Shown: piece by piece, positions 10,641 to 21,058 of the stretch | Numbering within the stretch: position 1 is the first letter of the stretch | Layout: the number at the start of each line of letters is the position of its first letter | Origin: an uncultured delta proteobacterium | Lineage (GTDB): Bacteria > Myxococcota_A > Polyangia > Polyangiales > Polyangiaceae | DNA: 64,000 nt | Assembly (NCBI GenBank): GCA_963716725.1 | Contig: CAVQUB010000015.1 | Coordinates: forward strand, 384,001 to 448,000 | Reading direction: 5' to 3' | Position numbers and translations under genes: made by a program | The notes under the pieces: generated by a model | The model's input: the letters and a program-made list of their open reading frames with translations, nothing else | Database searches by the model: none | Told to the model about the DNA's origin: nothing

Positions 10641-12140
10641 ATGGAGAAGTTCATTCTTGCCAGCGCGGTGCTGTTGCTCGGTGCATGCGGGTCGTCGGGG
10701 GGCGGCGGCGCGGGAACCGGAGGCGCGGGAACCGGAGGCACGGGAACCGGAGGCGGCTACGGGGGCGCGGCGGGTGCGGGCGCCGGCGGATCGGGCGGTA
10801 CTGCGGGCACCGCCGGCACTGGTGGGTTCGCCGGGTCCGGCGGGCAAGGTGGTGGCGGCGGCGCTGCGGCAACCAAGTTCAAGCGTATCGGACGGATGGC
10901 GGCGCCAGGCGCGCTCGGTTCCGTGGAGGTCGGGTTCGGCATCGACGCCGCGGCCAACTGCGTCGTGTTCACCAACAATGCCCACGCCGCGCTGGTGGGC
11001 AGCGAAGACGGGCTCGGATTCAACAGTCAGGTGTATCACCTCGACGTTGCGAGCGGCGCCATCACCCGCGTGAGCGTGGACAACAGCGGCAAGCCCCAAC
11101 CGGGGAGCGGCAAGCCGGACAGCTACTCCCAGTGGTTCTCCGGCGGATCCGGGATGCGCGTGGTGACCTCCGACTGTTCCCGAGTCGTGTTCACCAGTCG
11201 CGCCGGGCTCGAAGGCGGACCAGCTAACACCACCGTCGGCTACATCCGGGATCTGAAGAGCAAGACCACGTCAGTGGCGAGCTTCCCCGACAGCTCATCC
11301 CCTGGCATCGTGATCAGCCACAGCGGCGCGGCGGTGTTCGTGGACTACAAAGAGGGGCGTCCCAACGGACCGCCGTGGACGGCCCCGATAGAACTCTGGA
11401 CTTCGGATCCGACGCCGGGCAATCGAAGCTGGCTGTCGTGGGCTCCCCCTGGTGGAGCGCCGGTCAGCGCCGGCGCGACTACGCCTCAGCTTTCTGACTC
11501 CGGCGCCTGGCTGCTCGCGCGATTGATCGGAACCACGCTCTGCAATGGGGCTCCAAACTGCGTCGTTCGGCGCGAGATGGCGACGGGCAAGTGGGACTTC
11601 GTCGCGACTCGCACCGACGGGAAGCCCGCATCGAGCTCGGGTGCGGCGAGGTACGCCCTCGCTGGTGACGGCATGTCGCTGGTGATGAGTTCGCCGGACG
11701 ACCTGCTGAACGACGGCAAGGACACGACCGGCAAGACCCACGTCTACTACATCGACTTGGTCAGCAAGGGCGTCCGGGTTCTCAACCAGAAGCAGGACGG
11801 TACCTTCGCTTCGGGAGTGACCACCGTGGATATCAATGGCGACGGTCGCTACACCGTCTTCGTGGCGGATGACTCCCTGATCGGCTTGCCGGGCGGCTCC
11901 GGGTTGTTCCGCTACGACGCGAAGCTCGACAAGTTGGAGGCGCTGCACCTTGACGCCAATGGAAAGCCCATCGTCGGTCCTGGCACGAACCCCCCGCGGC
12001 CGTCGTTCCTCTTCCCCCGAATCAGCACCGACGGCCAACGCATCATCGTCATGGCAAAAGAGTGGCCGGGCACCAGCCACGGATTGAGTCCGACCCCGGC
12101 CGACGACAAGGACACCGGGTTCTACCTCTGGGAAGAGTGA
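10641..12140 (+). CDS. Lipoprotein with Gly-rich linker and TolB/WD40-like beta-propeller
   Basis: Lipobox LLGAC and repeated propeller-blade motifs such as INGDGRYTVF, ISTDGQRI and LSDSGAW. Confidence 0.7.
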   Translation: MEKFILASAVLLLGACGSSGGGGAGTGGAGTGGTGTGGGYGGAAGAGAGGSGGTAGTAGTGGFAGSGGQGGGGGAAATKFKRIGRMAAPGALGSVEVGFGIDAAANCVVFTNNAHAALVGSEDGLGFNSQVYHLDVASGAITRVSVDNSGKPQPGSGKPDSYSQWFSGGSGMRVVTSDCSRVVFTSRAGLEGGPANTTVGYIRDLKSKTTSVASFPDSSSPGIVISHSGAAVFVDYKEGRPNGPPWTAPIELWTSDPTPGNRSWLSWAPPGGAPVSAGATTPQLSDSGAWLLARLIGTTLCNGAPNCVVRREMATGKWDFVATRTDGKPASSSGAARYALAGDGMSLVMSSPDDLLNDGKDTTGKTHVYYIDLVSKGVRVLNQKQDGTFASGVTTVDINGDGRYTVFVADDSLIGLPGGSGLFRYDAKLDKLEALHLDANGKPIVGPGTNPPRPSFLFPRISTDGQRIIVMAKEWPGTSHGLSPTPADDKDTGFYLWEE

Positions 12141-12177
12141 CGCGCTGGCTCGAGGGACCGCTTCGCCGCCCCTGATC

Positions 12178-14379
12178 TCAGTTCTGCCCGGGGCGCACCA
12201 CGACGCCGCCACCCTGCTGGAAATCCAGCGGCAGGCGCGAGATCGACGCGACGTGTTTGCCGGTGCGCACCAGCGCGATGTCGTCGACGAACTCGACGTC
12301 GATCTGCATGCGTGACCCGAGGTATTTGCGGAACTCGCTCAGCACCTCGGCCAGCACGTCTTCGGAGTAGCGCCCGCCCTTGACCACCCGGAAGGTGATG
12401 TGACCGGCGCGCTCTTGCACCACCTGGAAGCGCTTGATGGCGTAGTCGAGCTCTTTGAGATAGTGCGCGAAGAAGGTGCCGGGCACGTACTGGCCGTCGC
12501 TGCCCTGGATGATCGACTGCACGCGGCCCTGGATCGCGCCGATGCGAGGCGCGCCGCGGCCGCAGGCACAGGATTCGTCGCTCATGGCCTCCGCGAGATC
12601 GCCGATGCGGTAGCGGATGAAGGGCATGCAGTAGTTGTTCAGATCGGTGACCACGACCTCGCCGATCTCGCCGGGCTTCACCGGTACGCCCTCGCGCAGG
12701 ATCTCGACGATGAAACCCTCGCTCACCACGTGGTGGCCCGCGTGCGCGTCGCACTCGTAGGCGATGCCCGAGAACTCGCGGCTGCCGTATTTGTCGAAGA
12801 CCCGGCAGCCGAAGGCCTCTTCGATCAGCTTGCGGCTCGGTTCCGGCAAGGTTTGAGCGCTGGACATGATGGCCAGCGGGCGCACGCCGGGGTTTCCCGA
12901 GGTTTTGACGAAGTGCGCGATGAAGTCCAGGGCCTCGGCGTAGCCATCGAGCAGGGTCGGCCCGATAGACGCGATGAGCCGCATGGTCTTCTGGAGGTTC
13001 TCTTCCGTCATCTCGAAGACCGGCACGAAGCTGCGGTTCGAGAGGGCGGCGTCGGCGCGCTCTTTGGCGGCCTGCGCCGGGCTCATGCCAATCGTCTGGT
13101 GCCAGAGCCGCACGGTGGGATCGCCAAACTGATACCCAGTCCACTCCTGGGCACGCAGCGTCGCGGCCCAGCGGAACTCGAGCTGAGCGCGATCGGCGTA
13201 GCAGACGAAGGGCTCGCCGGTGGAACCGCTGGTCGAGATCCGGAGCACCTGACTCTTGTCGTGGTTCTCGCTCATGATGTCGAAGAACAGGTGTTTGCGG
13301 ATGTCCGCCTTGCCGAGCATCGGCAGCTTGTGCAGATCCGCCTGCGTCTGGACGTCCTCGGGCCGGAGGCCCGCCTCCTGCAACTTTGCGCGGTAGTAGG
13401 GCACGTTGCGGTAGGCGTGGCGGACCAAGCGTCGCAGCTTCTCGTCCTGCAGTTCGCGCATGGCGCTCGGGGAGAGCCACTGGGTCTTCTGCAGCGTCTC
13501 GTAGTAATGCTCGACGTCGCGGGTGATCATCCAGTGGGTCTGGTTGAACGCCGCCATGTACGCGCGCCAGCGCAGGCTCTGGGCCGGGCTCTTCTCGGGC
13601 GAGCGATCGATCACGGGATGGCGACGGAGAAACTGCAGCGCGACGTCCGGCGGGCGCTTGCCCTGGTACTCCCAGAGCGCCTTGCCCAGATCGTAGATGC
13701 TCTTGACGCTGGCCTGCGCCGCCTTCTTGTCCAGAAAGCTCTCGCCGGCCCGGCGCTGCTCGAAGAGCGTCTCGATCTCTTTGTAGCTGTAGCCCTTGGC
13801 ATGCGCCGCGACCATGATGAAGGACTGCCAGTAGAAGTAGCGCCCCTCGTAGGTGAGCAGATCTTGGAAGACCTCACGCGCGCAGATCACGAAGCCGCTC
13901 TTGTTGTCCTCGAGCTGCATGCCGAAGGCGGTGTTCAGCATGAAGTTGAAGGCTCGGCTGATGTGATAGCGCTTGTCTTTGACGCGACCCACCCAGCTGC
14001 GCCAGCCCTGGACCACGTCGACGGACCGCTCGTAGAGCGCGCGGCGTAGGCGCAAGAGATCTTCGGGTTGGTACTGCAGATCGGCGTCGATGGTCGCAAC
14101 CAAGCGGCCCCGCGCCGCCCCCGCGCCGCTCTTCCACGCCGCGGCCATGCCGCGGTTCTGCTGGTGGAACACGCCCTGCACTCGGCCCGGGTGCGCCTCC
14201 ATCATCGCGCGGATCACCTGCGCGGTGCCGTCCGTCGAGCCGTCGTCGACCAGGATGAGCTCGCCCCTGAACTCGCCTTTGTCGAAGACGCCCAAGATGC
14301 GCGAGGTCAGCTCGGGGATGTTCAGCTCCTCGTTCAGGCAGGGGGCGATGACGGACAGCTCGACGTCGGTGGCGGTCAT
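12178..14379 (-). CDS. Fusion of a GT2 glycosyltransferase and a phenylacetate-CoA ligase/CapK-like adenylate-forming domain
   Basis: N-terminus has SVIAPCLNEE, LVDDGSTDGT and IDADLQY. C-terminus has HAYRNVPYY, STSGSTGEP, DKYGSREF and PFIRYRIGD. One continuous ORF. Confidence 0.88.
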   Translation of the reverse strand: MTATDVELSVIAPCLNEELNIPELTSRILGVFDKGEFRGELILVDDGSTDGTAQVIRAMMEAHPGRVQGVFHQQNRGMAAAWKSGAGAARGRLVATIDADLQYQPEDLLRLRRALYERSVDVVQGWRSWVGRVKDKRYHISRAFNFMLNTAFGMQLEDNKSGFVICAREVFQDLLTYEGRYFYWQSFIMVAAHAKGYSYKEIETLFEQRRAGESFLDKKAAQASVKSIYDLGKALWEYQGKRPPDVALQFLRRHPVIDRSPEKSPAQSLRWRAYMAAFNQTHWMITRDVEHYYETLQKTQWLSPSAMRELQDEKLRRLVRHAYRNVPYYRAKLQEAGLRPEDVQTQADLHKLPMLGKADIRKHLFFDIMSENHDKSQVLRISTSGSTGEPFVCYADRAQLEFRWAATLRAQEWTGYQFGDPTVRLWHQTIGMSPAQAAKERADAALSNRSFVPVFEMTEENLQKTMRLIASIGPTLLDGYAEALDFIAHFVKTSGNPGVRPLAIMSSAQTLPEPSRKLIEEAFGCRVFDKYGSREFSGIAYECDAHAGHHVVSEGFIVEILREGVPVKPGEIGEVVVTDLNNYCMPFIRYRIGDLAEAMSDESCACGRGAPRIGAIQGRVQSIIQGSDGQYVPGTFFAHYLKELDYAIKRFQVVQERAGHITFRVVKGGRYSEDVLAEVLSEFRKYLGSRMQIDVEFVDDIALVRTGKHVASISRLPLDFQQGGGVVVRPGQN

Positions 14380-14459
14380 GGGTTGCTCGACGGCCTTTCT
14401 ACCGCTCGGGGCCCGGACGTTCCAGCTTCTCGACGCGAGGGAGCGATGCGCGCAGTCAG

Positions 14460-14531
14460 TGGGCGGGACAGGGCTTGAACCTGCGACATCCGGCTTGTAA
14501 GGCCAGCGCTCTACCGCTGAGCTACCCGCCC
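14460..14531 (-). tRNA. tRNA-Val (anticodon TAC)
   Basis: Minus strand GGGCGGGTAGCTCAGCGGTAGAGCGCTGGCCTTACAAGCCGGATGTCGCAGGTTCAAGCCCTGTCCCGCCCA folds as a full cloverleaf. CCA is not encoded. Confidence 0.95.
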
Positions 14532-14592
14532 TGGGTGAGCAGTATCTAGCGGGGAAATGCATCCTGAGCAAGGCAGTGTAAAATGCCGGCTC

Positions 14593-17058
14593 ATGCGCGC
14601 TCTCTCGGCTCTGCCCGCCATTGCCCTGCTCTTGCTCCTGTCGCGCTGCGGCTCCGACGACGACGGGGGCGGGGGCGGCAAGCACAAGGTCGATGCGGGC
14701 GCCGACGCGGCGGACGACGCCGCGGATGCCGCCGACGATCAGGACGCCGGACCGAGCGTGCCGGACGCTTTTGCGCGCTACTGCGCCGGCAAGTCGTGGC
14801 GAGACACCTTCGCCGCGGCGACCATCGCCGCTTCGAGTGGGGAGTACCTCGGGGTGCTCAACACCGATTTTGCCGCGGGCATCCAAGAGGCGACCAAGCT
14901 CGTCCCCGATCACCCCTTCGCGGCCAAGGCCATTCGCGTGGGCTTCGGCAAGGGCACGGGCAAGGCGCGCCTCCGTTTGATGCGCACCTTTGGGCGCAGC
15001 TACCCCGCGTCCTTCGCCGACTCGAGTTGGCCCGACTACTCGGAGCCCGTCGATCTGATGCCGCCCGTCGAGGTCGATGTCGAGGTCACGGACGCGAGCA
15101 AAGACGCTTGGCTCGAGGTTCCGATCCCGGAGACGCTGCTCCTGCCCACCGAGCACTACATGCTCGTCTACGAGCACATCGGCGCCGAACCGCGCTTGGC
15201 GGTCGAGAAGGTCGCCGCCGGAGACATGGCGCGATCGCTGGTCTTCGATCCAAGCCAGCCGAGCTCGCCCCCCACCGGCTTCGACGGCAACTACCGGCTG
15301 CGGCTGGTCGGCGATCACTTCTGTCAGTGGACCGACGCGGACCGCTGGTTTTTGCGCGACGACAAGGCCTTCGGAGACACCATCGGGAGCTGGGCGGCCT
15401 GGGCCGATCTCGACGGCGACGGCCACGACGACGCGGTCTTCACCACGGGCCAAGGTCCGACCTGGTTCAAAGGCGACGGAAAGGGCAGCTTTGCCGCGGT
15501 GAGCGCCGCGTTTGCCCCCGACGCGCCGAAAGCGAACTTCTTGGTGTTCGGCGATCTGGACAACGACGGCGACTTGGACGCGTTTGCGTCGCAGTACGTG
15601 CAGACCGACGGCGACGGTGACGGCGTCGGCGTCGACAAAGACTGCAACGACAAGGACGACAAGGTGAAGCCCGGGGCGGCGGAGGTGCCCAACGACGGTA
15701 TCGACAATGACTGCGACGGGAAGGTCGATGACGGCACCGATACCGCCGACGCGGACGCTGACGGAGTCAGCATTGCTGCCGGCGACTGCGACGACACCAA
15801 GGCCGAAACCAAGCCCAGCGCGGCGGAGCTGCTCGACGGACTCGACAATGACTGCGACGGCACCACCGACGAGGACTTCTTCCCGAAGCTCTTGCTGAAC
15901 GACGGCGCCGGAACGCTGAGCTGGAGCCCCAGCCCCGACGTCGAGACCCTCGGGCCGTCAAGCGCGGCGTCGCTCGGCGACGGCAACGCCGACGGGCTGC
16001 TCGACCTGTACGCGGGCTATTGGCTGGTGCACTACCCGAGCTCTCCGACGGTGCCGAGCCGCTATTACGAAGGGCAGGCGGGCGGCAAGATGATCGACGC
16101 TTCGGTCAAGGCGGGCATCACCCAAACACCGTGGCGCCCGGCCTACGGCGTGCTCTGGACCGACTGGAACAACGACTCGTTGATGGACGTGTACGTCTCG
16201 AACTACCAGCTGGCCGCCAATCTGCTCTGGAAGAACTCGGGCGCAGGGAAGTTCCAGGAGGTCGCCGCGAGCGTGGGTGCGGCGGCGGACGACGTGTCCA
16301 TGTTCGGTTACACCGGCGGTCACAGCTTCGGCAGCGACGTGGGCGACATCGACAACGACGGGGACATGGACTTGTACGTTCCGAACATCTCGCATCCGCG
16401 CGTGCAGCCCGGCAGCGATCCGAGCATGTTGCTGGTGAACGGCGGCGCGCCGAACTTCAGCTTCGAGAACAAACGCCGAGACTATGGGCTCATTTACGAC
16501 GAGGGTGACGTCGAGAGCTCGTTTGCTGACTTCGACAACGACGGCGACCTGGATCTGCTGGTGATCTCCACCTATCCGAGCCACTACCCGCGCCTGTATC
16601 GCAACGACCTGCCCAAGGGCTTCACCGACGTGACCTACGAGGCCCACGCGCAGCTGCACCAGGCGCAGACCGGGCTCTGGGCCGACGTGGACGAGGACGG
16701 TGACCTCGATCTGCTCCTGCTCTCGCCGGGTCCGGGTCCGCGCATGCTGCTGCTTCGCAACAAGGGCACTCCGGGAAATCACTTCATCGAGCTCGACCTG
16801 CGCGGCACCACCTCGAACCGGTCCGCCATCGGAGCCCGCGTCAGCGTGACCTCCGGCGGCGTCACGCGCATGCGCGAGATCCAGTCGCAGTCCCGGCACC
16901 CGGGCTCGCGCTGGGTGCACATCGGTCTCGGGTCGAGCATGAGCATCGACAAGATCGAGGTGCGCTGGCCCAACGGGGCCAAGGAGACCATCACGGGCGC
17001 TGCCGCCGACGCGCGCTGGCGCATCGTCGAAGGCAGCGGCAAGGCGACGGCGCCCTGA
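14593..17058 (+). CDS. CRTAC1/ASPIC-UnbV family protein with FG-GAP and MopE-like Ca/metal-binding repeats
   Basis: Multiple DxDxDGDxD repeats, DGIDNDCDG repeats, and C-terminal SNRSAIGARV...VHIGLG...IEVRWP. Confidence 0.85.
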   Translation: MRALSALPAIALLLLLSRCGSDDDGGGGGKHKVDAGADAADDAADAADDQDAGPSVPDAFARYCAGKSWRDTFAAATIAASSGEYLGVLNTDFAAGIQEATKLVPDHPFAAKAIRVGFGKGTGKARLRLMRTFGRSYPASFADSSWPDYSEPVDLMPPVEVDVEVTDASKDAWLEVPIPETLLLPTEHYMLVYEHIGAEPRLAVEKVAAGDMARSLVFDPSQPSSPPTGFDGNYRLRLVGDHFCQWTDADRWFLRDDKAFGDTIGSWAAWADLDGDGHDDAVFTTGQGPTWFKGDGKGSFAAVSAAFAPDAPKANFLVFGDLDNDGDLDAFASQYVQTDGDGDGVGVDKDCNDKDDKVKPGAAEVPNDGIDNDCDGKVDDGTDTADADADGVSIAAGDCDDTKAETKPSAAELLDGLDNDCDGTTDEDFFPKLLLNDGAGTLSWSPSPDVETLGPSSAASLGDGNADGLLDLYAGYWLVHYPSSPTVPSRYYEGQAGGKMIDASVKAGITQTPWRPAYGVLWTDWNNDSLMDVYVSNYQLAANLLWKNSGAGKFQEVAASVGAAADDVSMFGYTGGHSFGSDVGDIDNDGDMDLYVPNISHPRVQPGSDPSMLLVNGGAPNFSFENKRRDYGLIYDEGDVESSFADFDNDGDLDLLVISTYPSHYPRLYRNDLPKGFTDVTYEAHAQLHQAQTGLWADVDEDGDLDLLLLSPGPGPRMLLLRNKGTPGNHFIELDLRGTTSNRSAIGARVSVTSGGVTRMREIQSQSRHPGSRWVHIGLGSSMSIDKIEVRWPNGAKETITGAAADARWRIVEGSGKATAP

Positions 17059-17132
17059 GCCCGTCGCTCCGACCGTCTCGGCCCTGGCTCACCGTCGGCC
17101 GAGTCTCGTGGCTGATCTTTCTCCGCTGGCTG

Positions 17133-17741
17133 GTGCTGGTTTCGGCGGCGGTGGTGTTTGCGTCCCTCGCCGCCGCGGTGCTCGGCGGCTCCACGGGCTG
17201 GCTCGATCTGCCGCTGGTCCGTCTGGCCGAGCGTTCCCGCAGCCCGGGGCTGACTCGCGTCATGTCGGTGCTGACTTGGCTTGGCAACGGGGCCACGCTG
17301 GTCGGCGTGGCGGTGGTCGCGGCGGCTGTGCTGATCGCGATCCGGCAGCGGGTCCCGGCGCTGTTCGTGGCGGCCTCCGCTCTCGGTGCGGGCGCCCTCA
17401 ATGCGCTGCTCAAGATCGCGTTTTCACGGCCACGACCCCTGCTCATGTCCCACCTAGCTCACGCGGGTGGCTACTCGTTTCCGAGCGGTCACGCCATGGC
17501 CGGCGCGGCCATCTACGGTGCGCTGGCGGTGGTGGCGGTGCGGCGCTTTCCGGAGCGGCGTTGGTGGGTGGTCGCGCCCTGCGTGCTGCTCGTGGCAGCC
17601 ATTGGAGTGTCGCGCGTCTACCTGGGCGTGCACTTTCCCAGCGACGTCATTGCGGGTTGGGCAGTGGGAGCGTCGTGGCCGATCTGGCTCGGCCCGCTGC
17701 TGCTCGCGCGAAGCTCGATTGGGCCGGCGCCCGGACCGTGA
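17133..17741 (+). CDS. PAP2-family membrane phosphatase (start uncertain)
   Basis: LKIAFSRPRP, SFPSGHA and SRVYLGVHFPSDV. Confidence 0.92.
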   Translation: MLVSAAVVFASLAAAVLGGSTGWLDLPLVRLAERSRSPGLTRVMSVLTWLGNGATLVGVAVVAAAVLIAIRQRVPALFVAASALGAGALNALLKIAFSRPRPLLMSHLAHAGGYSFPSGHAMAGAAIYGALAVVAVRRFPERRWWVVAPCVLLVAAIGVSRVYLGVHFPSDVIAGWAVGASWPIWLGPLLLARSSIGPAPGP

Positions 17742-17754
17742 TATCTGCGCCCGC

Positions 17755-18855
17755 ATGATCGTCGGAGTTCCGCAAGAGGTCAAAGCCCACGAGTACCGAA
17801 TCGCTCTCCTGCCGGTCGGCGTCGAGGAGCTCCGCCGCGGCGGACACAGCGTGCTGGTCGAGCGCGGCGCCGGTCTCGGCAGCGGCATCTCGGACGAAGC
17901 CTACGCTGCGAACGGCGCGACTTTGATCGACGACCGCGCTGACATCTGGCGGCAGGCGGATCTGATCGTGAAGGTCAAGGAGCCCCAGCCCGAAGAAATT
18001 CCGCTGATGCGCGAGGGTCAGGTGCTCTTCACCTTCTTCCACTTCGCCGCCGACGAGGCCCTGACGCGCGGCTGCGTGGACTCCGGCGCGTCCTGCGTTG
18101 CCTACGAGACCCTGCGCGACGAGCTCGGCCGGCTGCCGTTGCTGACGCCCATGAGCGAGGTCGCGGGACGCATGAGCATCCAGGAGGGCGCGAAGTACCT
18201 GGAGCGGCCCCAGGAGGGGCGCGGCATCTTGCTCGGCGGCGTGCCCGGGGTCGAGCCGGCGCACGTGGTGGTCTTGGGCGGCGGCATCGTCGGCACGAGC
18301 GCGGCCAAGGTCGCCGCCGGCTTCGGCGCCAGCGTCGCCATCTTGGACGTGAACGTCGATCGGCTGCGCTACCTCGACGACATCATGCCCAAGAACGTAT
18401 TCACGCTCTACTCCGATCGACACACCATCCGCGAGCAGATCCAGCGTGCCGAGCTGGTGGTCGGCGCCGTGCTGATCGAGGGCGCGCGCGCGCCGCGGCT
18501 GATCGAGAGGTCTGATCTGAAGACCATGAAGAACGGTTCGGTGATCGTCGACGTCGCCGTTGATCAGGGCGGCTGCGTGGAGACCACTCGGCCGACCACC
18601 CATGGCCAACCCACCTACATCGTGGACGGGGTCATCCACTACTGCGTTGCGAACATGCCCGGCGCGGTCGGTCGGACCAGCACCTACGCGCTCTGCAACG
18701 TGACCTTGCCCTTCGTGCTCAGGATCGCCAATCATGGGCTGGCCGAGGCCTGTCAGCGCGACGCGCGCATCTCGACCGCGGTCAACGTCCGCGGACACAA
18801 GGTCACCAACCGAGCGGTGGCCGAGACCTTCGGCCTCGAGTACACGCAGATCTGA
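17755..18855 (+). CDS. ald: Alanine dehydrogenase
   Basis: [43 protein letters not shown] and [11 protein letters not shown]. Confidence 0.96.
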   Translation: MIVGVPQEVKAHEYRIALLPVGVEELRRGGHSVLVERGAGLGSGISDEAYAANGATLIDDRADIWRQADLIVKVKEPQPEEIPLMREGQVLFTFFHFAADEALTRGCVDSGASCVAYETLRDELGRLPLLTPMSEVAGRMSIQEGAKYLERPQEGRGILLGGVPGVEPAHVVVLGGGIVGTSAAKVAAGFGASVAILDVNVDRLRYLDDIMPKNVFTLYSDRHTIREQIQRAELVVGAVLIEGARAPRLIERSDLKTMKNGSVIVDVAVDQGGCVETTRPTTHGQPTYIVDGVIHYCVANMPGAVGRTSTYALCNVTLPFVLRIANHGLAEACQRDARISTAVNVRGHKVTNRAVAETFGLEYTQI

Positions 18856-18883
18856 GGCTGAGTCCCGCCGGGTGCGGCAAGTC

Positions 18884-20287
18884 TCAGACGGTGATCACGT
18901 CGCCCCGATCCGGACTGTGCACGTTGCGAAAGCCCTTCTCTCCCAGGAGATCCGAGAGCACGCGCATCGGGACCGGATCGCCGTGCACCAGAATCATGTG
19001 CTCGAGCTCGCCGCGCTTGCGGATCTCGAGCGCGTAGTCCACGAGGTCGCGCTGATCGGCGTGGGCCGAGAAGCCGTTCAGGACGTGCACCTCGGCGTGA
19101 ACGGGCTGCATGGTGCCGAAGATCTTCACCTCCGAGCGTCGCTCGACCAGCCGGCGTCCCAGGGTGTGCGGCGCCTGGTAGCCCACGATCAGCACCGCGT
19201 TCTTCGAGCTGCTGATGCTGCCCTTGAGGTGGTGGAGGATGCGGCCGGCCTCGCACATGCCGCTGGCGCTGATCACGATCGAGGGCTCGCTGGACGAGCT
19301 GACCGCTTTGCTGTCTTCCTTGTCCGAGATGTAGTGCAGGTCGTCGAACTCGAAGGGCGAGTTGCGGCCCTGCAACAGCTCGAGGGCCTCTTCGTCCAGA
19401 CACTCCGGGTGGAGCTTGAACACGTCGGTGATCTTCACCGTCAGGGGTGAGTCGACGTAGATGGGCATGGGCGGCAGCCGCCCGGCTTCCCGCAGCCCTT
19501 TGAAGGCGTAGACGATCTCCTGGGCACGCTCGAGGGCAAACGAGGGAATGACGACCTTTCCGCCGCGGTCGTAGACTTTCTTCACGATCGCCGCCAACTC
19601 GTCGTCCATCTGCTCGATGGGTTTGTGCAGCCGGTCGCCGTAGGTGCTCTCGGTGATCAGCACCTGGGCGCCCTCGGGGACCTCGGGATCCCGAAGGATG
19701 GGCATGCGCCGCCGGCCGAGATCGCCAGTGAACACCAGTCGCTTCTTCTCGCCGCCCTCGTCGATGTCCAGCACGGTGATGGCGCTGCCGAGCACGTGCC
19801 CGGCGTCGAAGAAGGTCAGCATCACGCCGTCGGCGATGGGCAGCTTGCGGTGGTAGGGCATGGCCACCATGCGCGAGAGCACCTCGAGCACGTCGCGCTC
19901 GTCGTAGAGCGGCTCGACGCGCTCCATGTCGCTGTCGCCGCGGTCGATCAGCTTGTTGATGAACTTGGCGTCGCTCTGCTGGATCATCGCCGCGTCGATC
20001 AACATCGCCGCGCACAGATCGCGGGTGGCGCTGGTCGTGTAGATCGGTCCATCGAAGCCCTGCTTGACCAAGGCGGGCAGGGCGCCTGAGTGATCGATGT
20101 GGGCGTGGCTCAACACCACCACGTCGATCTTGGTGGGATCGACGCCGAGGTGTTTGTTCCTCTCGATGGTCTCCCGTCGCGTCCCCTGCCACAGCCCGCA
20201 GTCGAGGAGGATGGTCGCGTGTTTGGTCCGGATCAGGTGCTTCGAACCGGTGACGGTCTTGGCCGCGCCGACGAACTCGATCTCCAT
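18884..20287 (-). CDS. MBL-fold beta-CASP metallo-hydrolase (RNA-specificity domain, Ysh1-like)
   Basis: GAAKTVTGS, LSHAHIDHSG, AGHVLGS, ESTYGDRLH, SASGMCEAGRILHH and FSAHAD. Confidence 0.93.
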   Translation of the reverse strand: MEIEFVGAAKTVTGSKHLIRTKHATILLDCGLWQGTRRETIERNKHLGVDPTKIDVVVLSHAHIDHSGALPALVKQGFDGPIYTTSATRDLCAAMLIDAAMIQQSDAKFINKLIDRGDSDMERVEPLYDERDVLEVLSRMVAMPYHRKLPIADGVMLTFFDAGHVLGSAITVLDIDEGGEKKRLVFTGDLGRRRMPILRDPEVPEGAQVLITESTYGDRLHKPIEQMDDELAAIVKKVYDRGGKVVIPSFALERAQEIVYAFKGLREAGRLPPMPIYVDSPLTVKITDVFKLHPECLDEEALELLQGRNSPFEFDDLHYISDKEDSKAVSSSSEPSIVISASGMCEAGRILHHLKGSISSSKNAVLIVGYQAPHTLGRRLVERRSEVKIFGTMQPVHAEVHVLNGFSAHADQRDLVDYALEIRKRGELEHMILVHGDPVPMRVLSDLLGEKGFRNVHSPDRGDVITV

Positions 20288-20297
20288 GCGACCGAGG

Positions 20298-21053
20298 CTA
20301 GTTGGCCGACGCCGCGGCTACCAGTATGGACTTCAGCGCGGCGAAGTTCTCGGCCTTGCTCAGGTCGTAGGTGGTCAGGTTGAAGGCTGCGATGGGGCGA
20401 TTGTCGGCGTCGAGCACGATCACGTCGCGGTACTCGACGACCCAGTCATTCCAGACGTCCTCAGCCAGCGTGTCTTGCAGCCAGGGCAAGGTACGCCCGG
20501 CCGTGATGATGGAGTTCCCGGATTCGAGCCCGATGCCGTTGACGCCCAGGATCTGGATCTTCTTCTTGGTCGTGGTGCCCGCGAGCTCTTTCTGCATCGT
20601 GTCGAGGTAGCCAAACTGGCTACCGCAATAGCCTCAAGTGGAGTGCCCGAAGTACCAGGCAGACACCTGACCCAGGTAGTCTCGGGGCGAGACCTTCTTC
20701 TTGTACAGGCTCGACGCAGGGTTTTCGTCCACCAGGGAGAAGTCGGGAACGACCGCCGCCACACCACCGTCGCCGCCGTCGGCGCTGTCCGGCGCCGAAT
20801 CGACGCTGGAGTCGGCGACGGCGTCGGAGCCGGAGTCGGCGGGCGCATCGGGCGCATCGGGCGCCGCGTCGCCGCTCGAACCGCCGCCGGAGGGCGTGCC
20901 GCCACTGCCGCTCGTGCCCGCGACGCCGCCTGCGCCCGCCATGCTGGCGAAACCGCCGCCGCCGCTCGAGCTGGCGTTTCGGTCGAGGCGTTCGTCGTGT
21001 CCGCAAGCCATGGCGATGCCGGCAATGAGCAAGAGCGTGGTCGTGAGCTTCAT
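20298..21053 (-). CDS. Thioredoxin/peroxiredoxin-fold lipoprotein, predicted selenoprotein (Sec at TGA 20634-20636, UxxC motif)
   Basis: ORF 20634..21062 and ORF 20298..20597 are in the same frame and separated only by TGA. Read-through gives PDFSLVDEN...VSAWYFGHST-U-GYC-GSQFGYL..MQKEL...IQILGVN...LPWLQD. Lipobox AMAC. Confidence 0.85.
20606..20624 (-). promoter_or_regulatory. Candidate bacterial SECIS hairpin
   Basis: On the coding strand, GGTAGCCA-GTT-TGGCTACC (perfect 8-bp stem, G-first loop) begins 9 nt after the TGA. Confidence 0.75.
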
Positions 21054-21058
21054 CGTCT

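Noticed and set aside
14380..15453. Long N-terminal extension of ORF 12178..15453
   Set aside because: It overlaps tRNA-Val and is antisense to the CRTAC1-like gene. The real start is most likely ATG 14379.
20634..20636. TGA as a simple nonsense mutation or true stop
   Set aside because: Its position in a redox motif, the continued open frame and the adjacent SECIS-like hairpin favour selenocysteine, pending read and sel-gene checks.
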